The notes beneath the pieces were generated by a model that worked only from the letters and a program-made list of their open reading frames with translations, did no database searches and was not told the origin of the DNA. Positions 1-11,685 of a stretch of 64,000 bases of DNA are shown piece by piece (the first letter of the stretch is position 1; each line of letters begins with the position of its first letter). Source of the DNA: the human T2T-CHM13v2.0 reference genome, Homo sapiens; assembly GCF_009914755.1 (NCBI RefSeq), contig NC_060935.1. One strand, written 5' to 3'. Both the position numbers and the translations under genes were made by a program.

Positions 1-79
1 AATCGGTGAGAAAATTTATGTCCAGGAAAAAAGATGATGTCCGGAAATCCAAGCAGTTCAACTGAGGGACCAGGTACCA

Positions 80-360
80 CAGAAAATGCCCAGTTTTCTG
101 GCTTATGCTACTGAGCAAAGTGTTTGTATTACCAGATACAGAAATCCTTGAAGAAGTGGAATATTAGGGGAGGATGTTGATGTCATGATTCTAGATGTAC
201 TGTGCTGCAAGATGTTTTTGAGACATTTCAGTGGGGATGTCAGGTCATTTGCTAGATATCTGGGTCTGGATTTCAGAGTAAGATTAACTTTGGAAACACA
301 AATTGAGAAGTCACCAACCTCTAGCTAATAATTGAAGCCATGGGAATAATGAGATAATGA
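80..360 (-). mobile_element. L2 LINE fragment
   Basis: Resembles antisense L2 (gatatctgggtctgga...ttgaagccatggga). Boundaries approximate. Confidence 0.65.
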
Positions 361-1845
361 AAATACAAGAGAATCTGGAGTTATTTTTCTTGGATATCAT
401 CTTTCTGAAAGGCCAGGACAGATGACGTGACAATCATACTCTCTTTGAGAACTGCAGCTTGAGATGCCTCCAGCCACTCAAATTTCTAGTCACTCAAAAT
501 TTATTGAATTGCAGTTGTACAATAGCAAGGCCAGTGCATTCCTATATTTTTTATTCTTTTTTTATTATTTATTTCTTCACGTAGTACTTGTTTTGAAGTA
601 GTTACTTGTTAAAACAAACTTGTAATTTTTAAATGATAATAAACATTTCCATTTAAAATTAATCCAGTAAAACTCTCTAAGCCTCAGTGTGCTCATTTAT
701 AGAAAGGGGATGGTACTATTTATTTTAATGTATTTATGAGAACAAAAATAAAATAAGGAAGTGAAATGTCAAGTAACAATAGTTAAGGATAAAATGAGAC
801 AATATAAATGATTGGCTTAGTTCTGAAAAAAGCAGTAATTTGTTTTCTTCCCTTCCAAACCCCTCATTTTACAGAGGCAAAATAAAATTTGAATCCAAAG
901 GTCACAGTTAACGGTACAACCAATATTGGAATCAAGGGGTCTTGGCTATCACTCTGTTACTAATAATAGTAAATACCCTGTTCTCTGTATGTTTACATAG
1001 GATGACAGGAGTGTTTCTGCAGTTGCAAGTATGCACATGCGTCTACCAAAGTCTGATGTGTAGATTTTCTCTCTCGGAAGACGTTCTGCTTGACCTTCAT
1101 CTAGAAATGTAAGCTGTTTATCCAACAGACACCTGCATTAATTAGCATTAAACACCTTAAGTGTTCCTTTTCTCAGAGGACCCAGGACTCACACACTTTA
1201 TACTCAAGGAGCAGCAATGAATACATTACAAGATCAGGAAAGGATATGTATTAGCATAAGAAATACAACGAAGGAGATAATGTGAAATCATACTTTAAAA
1301 AAAAAGGCAGAGAGAGAGAAAGTAGTGAACAAAGTTGGTAAGGGACTGAGTTAAGATGAGAACCCAGTTCTTCTCCTTCTTTCTCTGACACTTTAGTGTT
1401 CCCTATCTAGGTTTCTGTTCTCTCCTTCCTTTCTCTCCATGAGGAGGTTTCTGTTACTTTCTGACTAAGCTTTAAGCGATGCAGATGGAGGAGAATTTGT
1501 CAACAGGGTGGGAAAGGTACAGAAAACAGATGCTAGATTGTCCGTTAAACATGCTCCTTATTTCAGAAATTCAGGATCACAATCACTCCTTTTTCTTTCA
1601 CCGTGAGGGAGCCAATCCAAATAGAGGCAGAGGCATTGTTGTTTTCAAAGCAGGCACAAGTACATTGGAGGAATATCAATGCTGCCAACTAGCTGAAGAA
1701 CAACAGCTTTTTATCTTTTGTTTTCTCAGTGCCTTGCACACAGATTAGGTGCCAACTATCTACCCAATAATCTTGAGTTTATAATCTAACCCAGATGACA
1801 AAGTTAGCAATAAAGCAATTTCTATAATATAAACTCTTAATATAT

Positions 1846-2245
1846 TGTTAAATCAAGTTTAGCTGAAAGTTGTCTCCTACATATTTTAAGTTCAGCCTAA
1901 AGGTTTCTCTCTACATTGTGAACTATAAACTAAATGGAGTTGTAAACAGACTATAGTCTATTCTTGTGCCAATCACCGAGTTTTGTCTAATCAAAGGTGG
2001 CCAGCTGTTCAAACCATGTTCAAATAAGTCAAACACCAAACTATAACCAATCTGACTGTTTCTGTCCCCCACTTCCATTTTCTTAATGTTATTTTTCTTT
2101 TTCTGTACATTAATCTTCTTCCACCATGTGGCTGTGCTAGAGAATCTGAGCCCACTCTAGCTCAGGAAGCTACCTGGTTCATAAATTGTTCTTTGCTCAA
2201 TTAAACTCTTTTAAATTTAAGTTGGCTGAAGTTTTCCTTTGAACA
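1846..2245 (+). mobile_element. MER57-family solo LTR (ERV1)
   Basis: TGTTAAATCAAGTTTAGC...TTTGAACA termini, CCAAT boxes, ATTAAA signal, 4-bp TSD ATAT (1842-1845 and 2246-2249). Confidence 0.85.
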
Positions 2246-3405
2246 ATATCTTGCTTACTATTTTATTGATTCCATTTTACAGAAAAAAAAAATTGAGTCA
2301 AAGAGTTTGCCAATAGTAACTCAACTAGAAAGCAGTAGAAGATCTCGGGTTCCATTTTAGATTCCTGTGACTTTTATTATAACACCCAGCTGGCAGAGCT
2401 AGGACCAGAATCAAGGTGCTCTGTTCCAAGTTTAATGCTTTTCCACTAACATGCAAGAAATTAGTAATTAGGAATTAAAACAGAAAGGTGGACAAGGCTT
2501 TCATGTTTTGTTCCAAGCATTAGCAGGCCTTTCAAAGCTATACACAGAAGTGAGAACTAGGCATCTTCTGATTTCACCTTATGTGACAAAATTTGATTAC
2601 AAAATCTCTCAGAGTATGTAAGAAAGGGTGACGGCACAGTTGTGAAACACTAGTAACAGTAGTCTAAAGACAGATGATTTATCCTTGTAGAATTGAAACC
2701 CTTTTTTATTCACAGGCTATGAGGAGCCAAAGACCAGCACTGGCTTAGTAGGGTATGAGGCGGCAACAGATAAGTAGGTCAAAGAGGATGCCATGAACAT
2801 GAGATTCTGGATCTGGGCCTAGATGTATCCATGATGACTAACTTAGAATACCCTCCTGAGGAGGGCCACAGAATACTTGGGAGGTGACTTTAAGAGTGCT
2901 GAAAGGGACCTAAATAGCTCACATTCACAAGAGGCAGTGAAAGTGAGGGGAATTGGGGAAAGCAGTACAATATATCTTGTTATGAACATAGGAAGAACCT
3001 GCCAGATGAACATACAAGACGGGAAAGTCCAATTTTCACAAGCACAAAGGCTTATACAAGGCATCCTAACTTTGGCCTTGGGATGTGGGAGCAAGAAGAG
3101 AAGTCAGAAATACAAAACCTCCTCCTAAGAAAACTTGTTTCAAATTCCTGTTATTGATTTTTGTGAGGAGAGAGAAGATAATCTCTGGAAGTCTCAGTTT
3201 ACCCATCTGTAAAATGTGGATAATAACAAACTTCAAAGAGCTGTAAGACATAAATGAGATCAGGTACACTAAGGACAGTGCTTAACGTGCAGGGAGGTTA
3301 GTTGTGGCCATTATACTTGCACAGAGCAGAAATCATTAGTTCTACAGCTTAATACAGGAGCCAATTTAATTTCCTTAGAAAAGACATTTTAAATATTTGC
3401 TATTT

Positions 3406-3485
3406 GGTCTCTCATCCAAGTACTAACCAGACTAGACCCTGCTTTGCTGTCAAGAAATTGGTACGCCTATGGTATAGACATAGGC
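3406..3485 (-). pseudogene. 5S rRNA retropseudogene, 3'-truncated and tailless
   Basis: ggtctctcatccaagtactaaccagactagaccctgct...ggtatagacataggc is the reverse complement of about nt 1-92 of 5S rRNA with a small internal deletion; 15-bp TSDs at 3391-3405 and 3486-3500 (one mismatch). Confidence 0.9.
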
Positions 3486-3729
3486 AAATTTTTGCTATTT
3501 GTGAATTATGGTGTACCACAAATGAAAGAGTTGTCCTAAAAATCAATTCAATAGGTCTATCAATTTTATTTCTTATTTTAAAATATAAAAAGAGAATCAT
3601 ACAATCTAAAGGTTAGCCTCACAGATTCTGGAGCTAGATGATTGTGATACTTAATAATTCTGCAAACTGGGGCAAGCTACTTAACTTCATGTGCTCCACT
3701 CTTCTTTTCAGTGAAGTGGGGATTATAAC

Positions 3730-6540
3730 ATATGAGCTAAACTGTGTCTCTGTAAAATTCAAATGTTTAAGCCCTAACTCCTAATACTTCAGAATCTTAC
3801 TTTATTTGGAGATAAGATCTTTAAAGAGATAATTAAGTTGAAATGAAGACATTAGTAGGCCAGAATCCAATATGAATGAAGTCCTTAGAAGAAGAGGAAA
3901 TTTGAGCATGGGCAGGGACAGAGAGGAGACTATGTGAAAACACAGGAAAAAGATGGCCATTTACAAGTCAAGGGAAGAAGCCTTAAAAGAAACCAACCCT
4001 GGTGACACTTTGATCTCAGACTTTAATTTTCCAGAATTGTGAGAAAAAAAAAATTCTGTTGTTCAAGCTACCCAGTCTGTGGCACAGGTATACCACATTT
4101 TATTGCAATTCAATTTATTGCTCTATGCAGATATTACATTGTTTACCAATTGAAGGTTTGTGGCAACCCCACATTGTAGAAGTCTCTCAGTGACATTTTT
4201 CCAACAGCATGTTTTCGTGTCATGTCTCTGTAACAGTTTGGTAATTCTCACAATATTTCAAACTTTTGCAATATTACTAAATCTCTTATTATGATCTGTG
4301 ATCAGTGATTTTTTATGTCACTCTTGTAATTGTTTTGGGGTGCCACAAACCACATCCATATAAGATGGTGAAGTTTTGTGTATGTTCTGACTGCTCCACC
4401 TGCCAGCCATCCTCCTTCCCTCACGTCTCCATCACCAACAGTCCTCCTCCCTCTCTTCAGGCCTCCCCATTCTCTGGCACATAGCAATATTGAAATTAGG
4501 TCAATTAATAACCCTGCAGTGGCCTATAAATGTTCAATTGAAAGGAAGAGTCACTTTAAATCAAGAGGTAGGAATAATTACCTAGAGGTAGGAATAATAT
4601 TAGATAAATATTAGAGGTAAGAATAATAATGAGGAAAGCATGTCCAAAGCCAACATAGCTAGGCCTTTTATGTGAAATACAGTCAAGCTGTAAATGCAAA
4701 AGAAAAATTCTTGAAGGAAATTAAAAGTGCTACTCCAGTGAACACATAAATGATAAGAAAGTGAAACAGCCTTATTGCCGATATGGAGAAAGTTTTAGTG
4801 GTTTGGATAGAAGATCAAACCAGCTACAAACTTCCCTTAAGCTAAAGCCTAATCCAGAGCAAGGCCGCAGCTCTCTTCAATTTTATGAGTCCTGAGAGCA
4901 GTGAGGAAGTTGAAGAAGAAAAGTTTGAATCTGGCAGTTGTTCAAGAGATTTAAGAAAAGAGCCCATCTTCATAAAATAAAAGTGCCAGGTGAAGCAATA
5001 AGTTCTGATGGAAAAGCTGCAGAAAATTAACCAGAAGATCTTGCTAAGATAATAGATGAAAGCCATTACACTAAACAAACAATTTTCAAGGTAGACAAAT
5101 TGCCTTCTATTGGAAGATGCCATCTAGGGCTTTCTTAGCTAGAAAGAACTCAATGACTGGCTTTAAAGCTTCAAAGGATAGGCTAACTCTTGTTAGGAGC
5201 TAATGCAGCTGGTGAGTTTAAGTTGAAGCCAGTACTTATTTAGTTGAAGCCATTCCAAAAGTCCAAAGGCCATCAAAAACACTACATTTACTCTGCCTCT
5301 TCTCTGTAAATAGAACAATGTTTAGATGACAGCACATCTGTTTATACCATGATTTACTGAATATTTCAAGTCCACTGTTGAGACCTACTCCTTCAAAAAA
5401 AACAAAAGATTTCTGCATATTGACAAGGTCACCCAAGAGCTCTGATGGAGATACACAAGGAGATGAATATTGCTTTCATTCCTGCCTACACAACATCCAT
5501 TTGGCAGCCCATGGATTAAGGAATAGTTTTGACTTTCAATTGCTATTATTTAAGAAATACATGCCATAAGGGTATAGCCGAGATACAGTGATTCCTCTGA
5601 TAAATTTGAGCAAAATGAATAGAAAACCTTTTGGAAGGGATTAACTATTTAGATACAATTAAGAACATTAATTTTCATGGGAGGTGGCCAAAATATCAAT
5701 ATTAATAGAGTGTGGAAGAAGTTGAATCCAAACCACAGGGCTGACTTTGAGGGGATTCAAGACTTCCGGGATAAAGTTACTGCAAATGTGGGGGAAGTTG
5801 CAAGAGAACTGGAGTACAAGTAGAGCCTGAAGATGGAAACAAATTATTCAATCCCATAATAAAATTTGAATGAATGAGGGGTTGCATCTTATGGATGAGC
5901 AAAGAAAATGGTTTCTTGAGATGAAACTTATTTCTGGTGAAGATGCTCTGAACACTGTTGAACTGACAACAAAGTATTTAGAATATTCTATAAACTTATC
6001 TAATAAAGCACCAGCAGGGTTTGAGAGGATTGACTCCATATTTGCAAGACGTTCTACTGTCGGCAAAATGCTGTCAAACAGCATCACATGCTACGAGAAT
6101 ATATTTTTTGAAAGGAAGAGTCAATCAATGTAGCAAACTCTATTTTTTTCTTGTTTTAAGAAATTGTTGCATCCACTCCAAACTTCAGCAGCCATCACCC
6201 TGATCGGTCAGCAACCATCAACCTGCTAGATCTACCAGAGGTCTGACCTACCAGAAAAAAGATCACAACTTGCTGAAGGTTCAGAATATTCTTAGCATTT
6301 TTCAGGATAAAGTATTTTTAACATAAGGTATGTACATTTTATTCTTAGGCATAATGTTATTGCACCATAAATATACTACAATATAGTGTAAATATAACTT
6401 TTTATATGCACTGGGAAATCAAAATATTAACGTGACTAATTTTATTAGAATGTTTGTTTTATTGTGGTGGTCTGAAGTCAAACCTTCCATATCTTAGAGT
6501 TATGCTTGCACTGTATTATGGAAGCCCTAATAAACCAATA
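3730..6540 (+). mobile_element. MLT1B-like MaLR LTR interrupted by Tigger1 (3730-4084 and 6509-6540)
   Basis: Typical MLT1 body ending cccagtctgtgg; terminal tatggaagccctaataaaccaata resumes after the Tigger1. Confidence 0.8.
4085..6508 (+). mobile_element. Tigger1 DNA transposon, essentially full length (about 2.4 kb), decayed pogo-like transposase
   Basis: TIRs caggtatacc... and ...gagttatgcttg; internal sequence follows Tigger1; transposase-like ORF remnant at 5870-6133. Confidence 0.9.
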
Positions 6541-7269
6541 GGTAATGGTACTTACTACCAGGGATCGCTTTTAGCATTAGCTGAATTAATGTACGTAAAA
6601 TCAATTAGAGTTAACGTGTAGCATAGAGTAAGTATTGATGTTATTATAATTGTTATTAAAATTATAAACAACACTTTGTTTTGGGATTTTTCTTCCTTAG
6701 GGGTTCTTTAAACTTTAATATTCTCCTACATATTTTGCCCCTTTAAGATTAGCTCAATGGCTACATCTATGAAAACTTTTAAGAGTTGACATTTTCCTCC
6801 TTTGATTATCACAGTTGTCATATCGCATTGCAGTTATTTGATCATGTGTAATTTTTTGCCTATATGGGAAATTCTCTGAAAGCAATGATATTGCCTTATT
6901 GGTCATTATATGTCCTGTGTCCATTACAGTGCCTGCCAGTTAAAAACAATATGAATTCAACCAGGAGATTGAATTCATATTATTTATAAAGTGTCATAAA
7001 CCTTACATAAAATACATAGGAATTGTATATTTTTTCCCTAGAGAGTCCAAAATTTTTTCAAATTCTTCAAGATTAAATTATTTAAGATTAAATTCTTTAA
7101 ATTATTCAAATTATTTAAACATTTTATGAATCACTAATTTAGTGTTTAGATATCAGAACTTGGAGAATAAAGGATCTAAGAAATGTCGATGACTTTGGGT
7201 TGAATCTTGGTAGATTGTACCATTCACTAATCCCCATCAGTTAGGACAGTGCCTGGCATGTAATAAGCA

Positions 7270-7790
7270 TTGCACCGAGTGCTGGAAATAGAAAGCCAAA
7301 TGAGGAAATGTGCTTGTCTTACAAAGAGCTAAAGTCTGGTCAATAATTCAGCACAGTACAGTGTGAATGCCAACAGAGAAGGGCCCTTCATGCCTTGGGA
7401 AAAAAGAGAAAGAGGAGTTAGTATCCGCTTGGATGAGGATTGAGTGGTGTCGGTCAAGGTGCCCCTTTGGTGACACTTGAACTTAAGTTTTAGAAAATGA
7501 ATAGCAGAGATCTAGGCAAAGTAATAAGAGGGAAAAAAGCACTCTAGGAGGAGTAAAGCACAAGCATGAAGGAACAGAAGTATGCTTCTGGGACCCTGCA
7601 AGTAGATCAGATGGATTGAAAGGAAGGATATTATGTGGATATCTGTAGGTATATGTGGTTTAACACCGATACTGTAGGTTTGCATGAAAGGTAATTAGTC
7701 AATATTAGTTTAAAAGCTGTGAGGAGCCATTGGAGGATTTTAAGCCATGCAGTCACATAATCGTGCCTAGTTACTGTATAATTCAATGGA
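7270..7790 (-). mobile_element. L2 fragment
   Basis: Antisense L2 motifs (ggagccattggaggattttaagc). Confidence 0.6.
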
Positions 7791-8609
7791 CCAACAGCTG
7801 AGTTTGGGAGCTCAAAGGGAGCAACACGGTAGTAGATAGACAACCTACTTTTACTGGGAAAAACTTGGAGCATCTATCTGGGTTTGAAATAATAGCATCC
7901 CAGGAGCTCTATTTCCTCCTGATTCCTGGCTAATGATGAAACACATTTGAGGAGTATCTGGAAATTTTCACTGAAAAACAGCCCCTTTAAGAGAACTCCA
8001 CACTTTAAGAGTAGAGATTGTCAAGAATAAATAGCTTCAAATGAAAATCCTGTTACGCAGCTAAGAAATTCAACTGTGGCCAATCTCAATTAACTACAAT
8101 TTTAAGTATATAGTCTAGAAGTTCTTAACTTAGTTGAAAAAAGCGGAAACAAACCCTTGGGGAATCAGTAAGGCAGTTAAAATCAGATTAAAATACTTAA
8201 ACTAATGATGAAACTTGGAGGAACTTAGTATAAGAACCTAAATAATTAAAAGTTTAAGAAAGAAAGGCAGTTTCAGTGTTTTTTTTTTCTCTCCTTTTCC
8301 AAAAAACATTTAAGTATATCATTAAGTAGCAGGCACCCTGCTATGAACAATTCAATGTGTGCACCCAGGATTGAGAGACACTGCATTAGGCAGAAATTGC
8401 ACTCAAAAAAAATGAGCCAGGCCACAGTAGTCAAGATGAATCTAGAAAATGTCTCCTAACAGACCTCCAGACAATGCTGGGTGTAAATGGGAGGTCTGCT
8501 ATTCTCTTGGCTTTCAATAGGAATTACTGATGGGCCTTCAAAGCCTCACCCCTCTTACCGGTGAAGTGGTGATAACAAAACTTACCTTACTCCCTTCACT
8601 GAGTTGTCC

Positions 8610-9130
8610 ATTTATTTATTCAATAAATATTCTATCATGTTAAGAATCATGACATGTCAAGCTCCAGTGATGTAGAAGCATAGTCCCTATCTTCATTGAT
8701 CTCCCTCCATGTTGTGATAAACGCATACATAAAGTGTTAAGGCAATGTAAATGATGCTCTTAAAGATGTGTATAAAGCCTATGGGATTACAGCAGGAGCA
8801 GCTAACCAGATGGGGAAACGAGAAAGTGGTATTTAAATTGGATGAGTAAATTATGGGAAAGGTACCACACAGAATGTGTAGACTGACAGGGACCCTGGGC
8901 ACTGATGTAATTGAAAAATAAAAGTGATCTGGTGTGGGATGCAATGTAGAGCAGTGCGGGATCAACAAGAAGTGAGCCCAGAAAGGTGGAGGTGGTTTAC
9001 ACTGTGAAAGGCCTTATGCATATCAGGGTGGGGAGTCTGGGCTTGATCCCAAGGGTTAATTTGAACCTAAGTGCTTTAGATAAGAAGTAACCATTCCTGG
9101 ATTTTAATTTTAGAACTATGATTATAATGG
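8610..9130 (-). mobile_element. L2 fragment
   Basis: tttattcaataaatat start and antisense L2 body. Confidence 0.55.
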
Positions 9131-9499
9131 ATATGTGTATTATATTAAATTATAATAAATCAAAATATAATACTTCTGTTTAGTGGAGATCATAGTATGC
9201 CAGGGGAGCAATAGTGACTAAGACAACTTCTACATATGACAAATAGCTATTACTTTTCTTAAGATGGCTATGCTGCCTCTCATTCTTCCAAAATTTCTCT
9301 TCATTTAACATAAATTATTGTCCTACTATTCTTCTCTAGAGTGATGCTTCTGAGGCTCTTAGAATAATAAAAAATGACTGATTGCTTCAGTAATAATTTC
9401 AATTTATTGGATGACAGTCATGCATCCAGTGCTATGCTGAGAATTTTGATATATATATATATCATATTTATTTCTCCAACAAAACTGCAAGAAATGTAG

Positions 9500-9750
9500 C
9501 ATGGTAGCAGTAGTGAGAGTTAGCTCATATACCACTGTATGCCAGGTATTATTCAAAGCACTTCACACACAGGAACTCATTTGAACCTCAGAATAACCCT
9601 ATGAGATATGTTATATTTGTATTTTACAGATGAGAAAACTGGAGGACAAAAGGGACATAAAACTTGCCTAAGGTTACACAGCCGGTAAGTGTGAAGTGGC
9701 AGAATCAACATTTGAAACCTGCAGTCTGAATATGATAAGTGTTCTTAGCC
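9500..9750 (-). mobile_element. MIR
   Basis: attttacagatgagaaaactg...aacttgcctaaggttacacagc. Confidence 0.75.
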
Positions 9751-9937
9751 TTAATGAGGTATTTGTACAAAAGTACTCCCATTAAAATACATATAAAAAA
9801 AGGCAAACAAACAAAAAGTGAGGGTTTATGCAACTTCCCTCTATTTAGTTAGTAAATGGAGTAGTAGGAATCAAACCTGAGTCTTTTGTACTTGGCACTT
9901 TTCAGGACACCAAGTGCTTCCAATTGTGTATTCTGCA

Positions 9938-9967
9938 TACACACACACACACACACACATACACACA
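9938..9967. repeat. (CA)n microsatellite
   Basis: Directly visible. Confidence 0.9.
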
Positions 9968-10719
9968 GTAAGCCTATATGACTTGCCCATTTTCTAAGTT
10001 AATCAGGAAAAAGAAAAACATTGAAAAAGATCTTTGAGTAGAAAACTATGTGACATTTCACATTAGAAATAAAAACTTCATCTGTTCACTGCTATGTCCA
10101 TAGAAAAGAGAATCGTGCCTGTACACAGTTGATAATAAATATTTGATAAGTAACTATCCCAGAGGGTTTTCAGAATGTATCCCCTGGGAATGAGGAGAAT
10201 ATATTATATGTTTCTTCAAAACATATATTCAGAAAATAGATACAAACGAACTATTACCTACGGGCAAGTACAGGAAATGTATGTAGTAAAATGGGAGATG
10301 AAAAGCTTCAGAAAGCAGAGTCCTTCCCTTAAGGAATTTTCAGGGAAGAAAGCCACTTAAACCATTTATATCTATTTATCTCTTTTTATATCTTTAATCA
10401 TTTATATGATTTTTATATCTTCAGTCAAAGACCAAGAACCTGTATCTGATGGAGAAAGGTGTCTTTAAGTGCTATAAAGTAAAACTCATTATTCAAGGTA
10501 ATAACAGTTAAGTAAGTTCAAAGTGAGCATATGTAGTACAGGCACACTTTCACATACCCAACACTCTTGTCATAGCAGACAATACTTTCTGGTTTCCAAC
10601 CTCCTCACTGAAATATTCCCAGTACTATATCCCTAAGCCCTAAGCAACAACTTTTTTTTTTTTTTTTTTTTTTTAGAGTTTTTCAGTTTTATTCTTCTAG
10701 AGCACAATTTTCCGGCCTG

Positions 10720-11685
10720 TTACTGAGTACGGTCTTCTAACAGGTACACAATTAACTCATAAGTAGACAACACAATGGCAGTATTTGGGATCCGCCGGAT
10801 AAGCTGGGCAAACAGTCCTCTATAAAAGGCGAGGTAGCCTTCTTCCTGGAACACCAGGCGCGCCGTCTGGACAAAAGACTTGTACTTGGTGCCCTCTTCC
10901 CGGAGCCTCGTCCTTATAACTTCGTGTGGATAAGCAATGCAGGAGGCACAGCCCTTAGAAAGAGCAGCAGCTGCCATAAGTCCAAAAAAACTTGTGGAAT
11001 TTTTCTCAGTCCCATTTGCAGAAGAGGCTAATGGAGCTTCTTTCAGATACTTCTTTAAACTTTCATAAATAGCAAAGCAGATTATAGTTTCGGAAATTCC
11101 AGCATACGAGGCAGTTAATCCTCTATAGAAGCCACGAATGCCTTCGGTCTGGTAAACGTAACGAGCACACTGGAGTGTATTCACCTGCTTAAAGCCCCTC
11201 ACTTTCTGTTCTAGCTGCATTCGGGTTTTAACCATCCATATAGGATTCATTAAGGAATTTGTGATAAAAGCTGCAGAGCCAGCTGAGAAAATATGCACAA
11301 TATTGCTGTTAGGCACGAAAATGCCATTAAATTGCTCTTTGGCTTTGGAGTAACATGCAAAGTATACAGCCCTTGATGGTGCAACTCCAACCAAATTTGG
11401 ACCCAAGCCTCTAAAAAGTGACTTTGGTCCCTCTTTCTCCAAGATCGACTTCAGAACCTGAAAGAGTCCAGGTGTCACGGATGTTGGTCTCACCATTCCA
11501 GCTCCACTAATGGTCCCCAGATGAACCTGAGGATAGTAGACTGTCCGGAGAGCTAATCTTAAAGACTGCAACCGTGTCTTAATGACTTCTAGTGGACAAG
11601 TGAAAATAGCACCAACTGTGCCTCCACACCCGCCGGCGAAGAGGTGAAGCAGCGTGTTCTCCTTCTGCTGGCCGCCCGTCGCCAT
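10720..11685 (-). CDS. SLC25A33: Intact ORF of an SLC25A33 retrocopy (mitochondrial pyrimidine nucleotide carrier PNC1), 321 aa; coding status unknown (retrogene or young processed pseudogene)
   Basis: [19 protein letters not shown]...YLLEDRTQ matches my recall of human SLC25A33 over the full length. Three carrier signature motifs: [16 protein letters not shown] (Trp variant typical of this subfamily), PHEVIRTR. Strong Kozak GCGGCCATGG, TAA stop, no introns. Confidence 0.9.

Larger units (their letters stand above)
3615..6640 (+). mobile_element. MIR split by MLT1B and Tigger1 (parts about 3615-3730 and 6541-6640)
   Basis: MIR core ggcaagctacttaacttc...gtggggattataa before the LTR; MIR 3' part resumes after it. 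Confidence 0.6.

Noticed and set aside
10720-11685. Calling this the parental SLC25A33 locus
   Set aside because: No introns, a genomic poly(A) tract and TSDs show it is a retrocopy.
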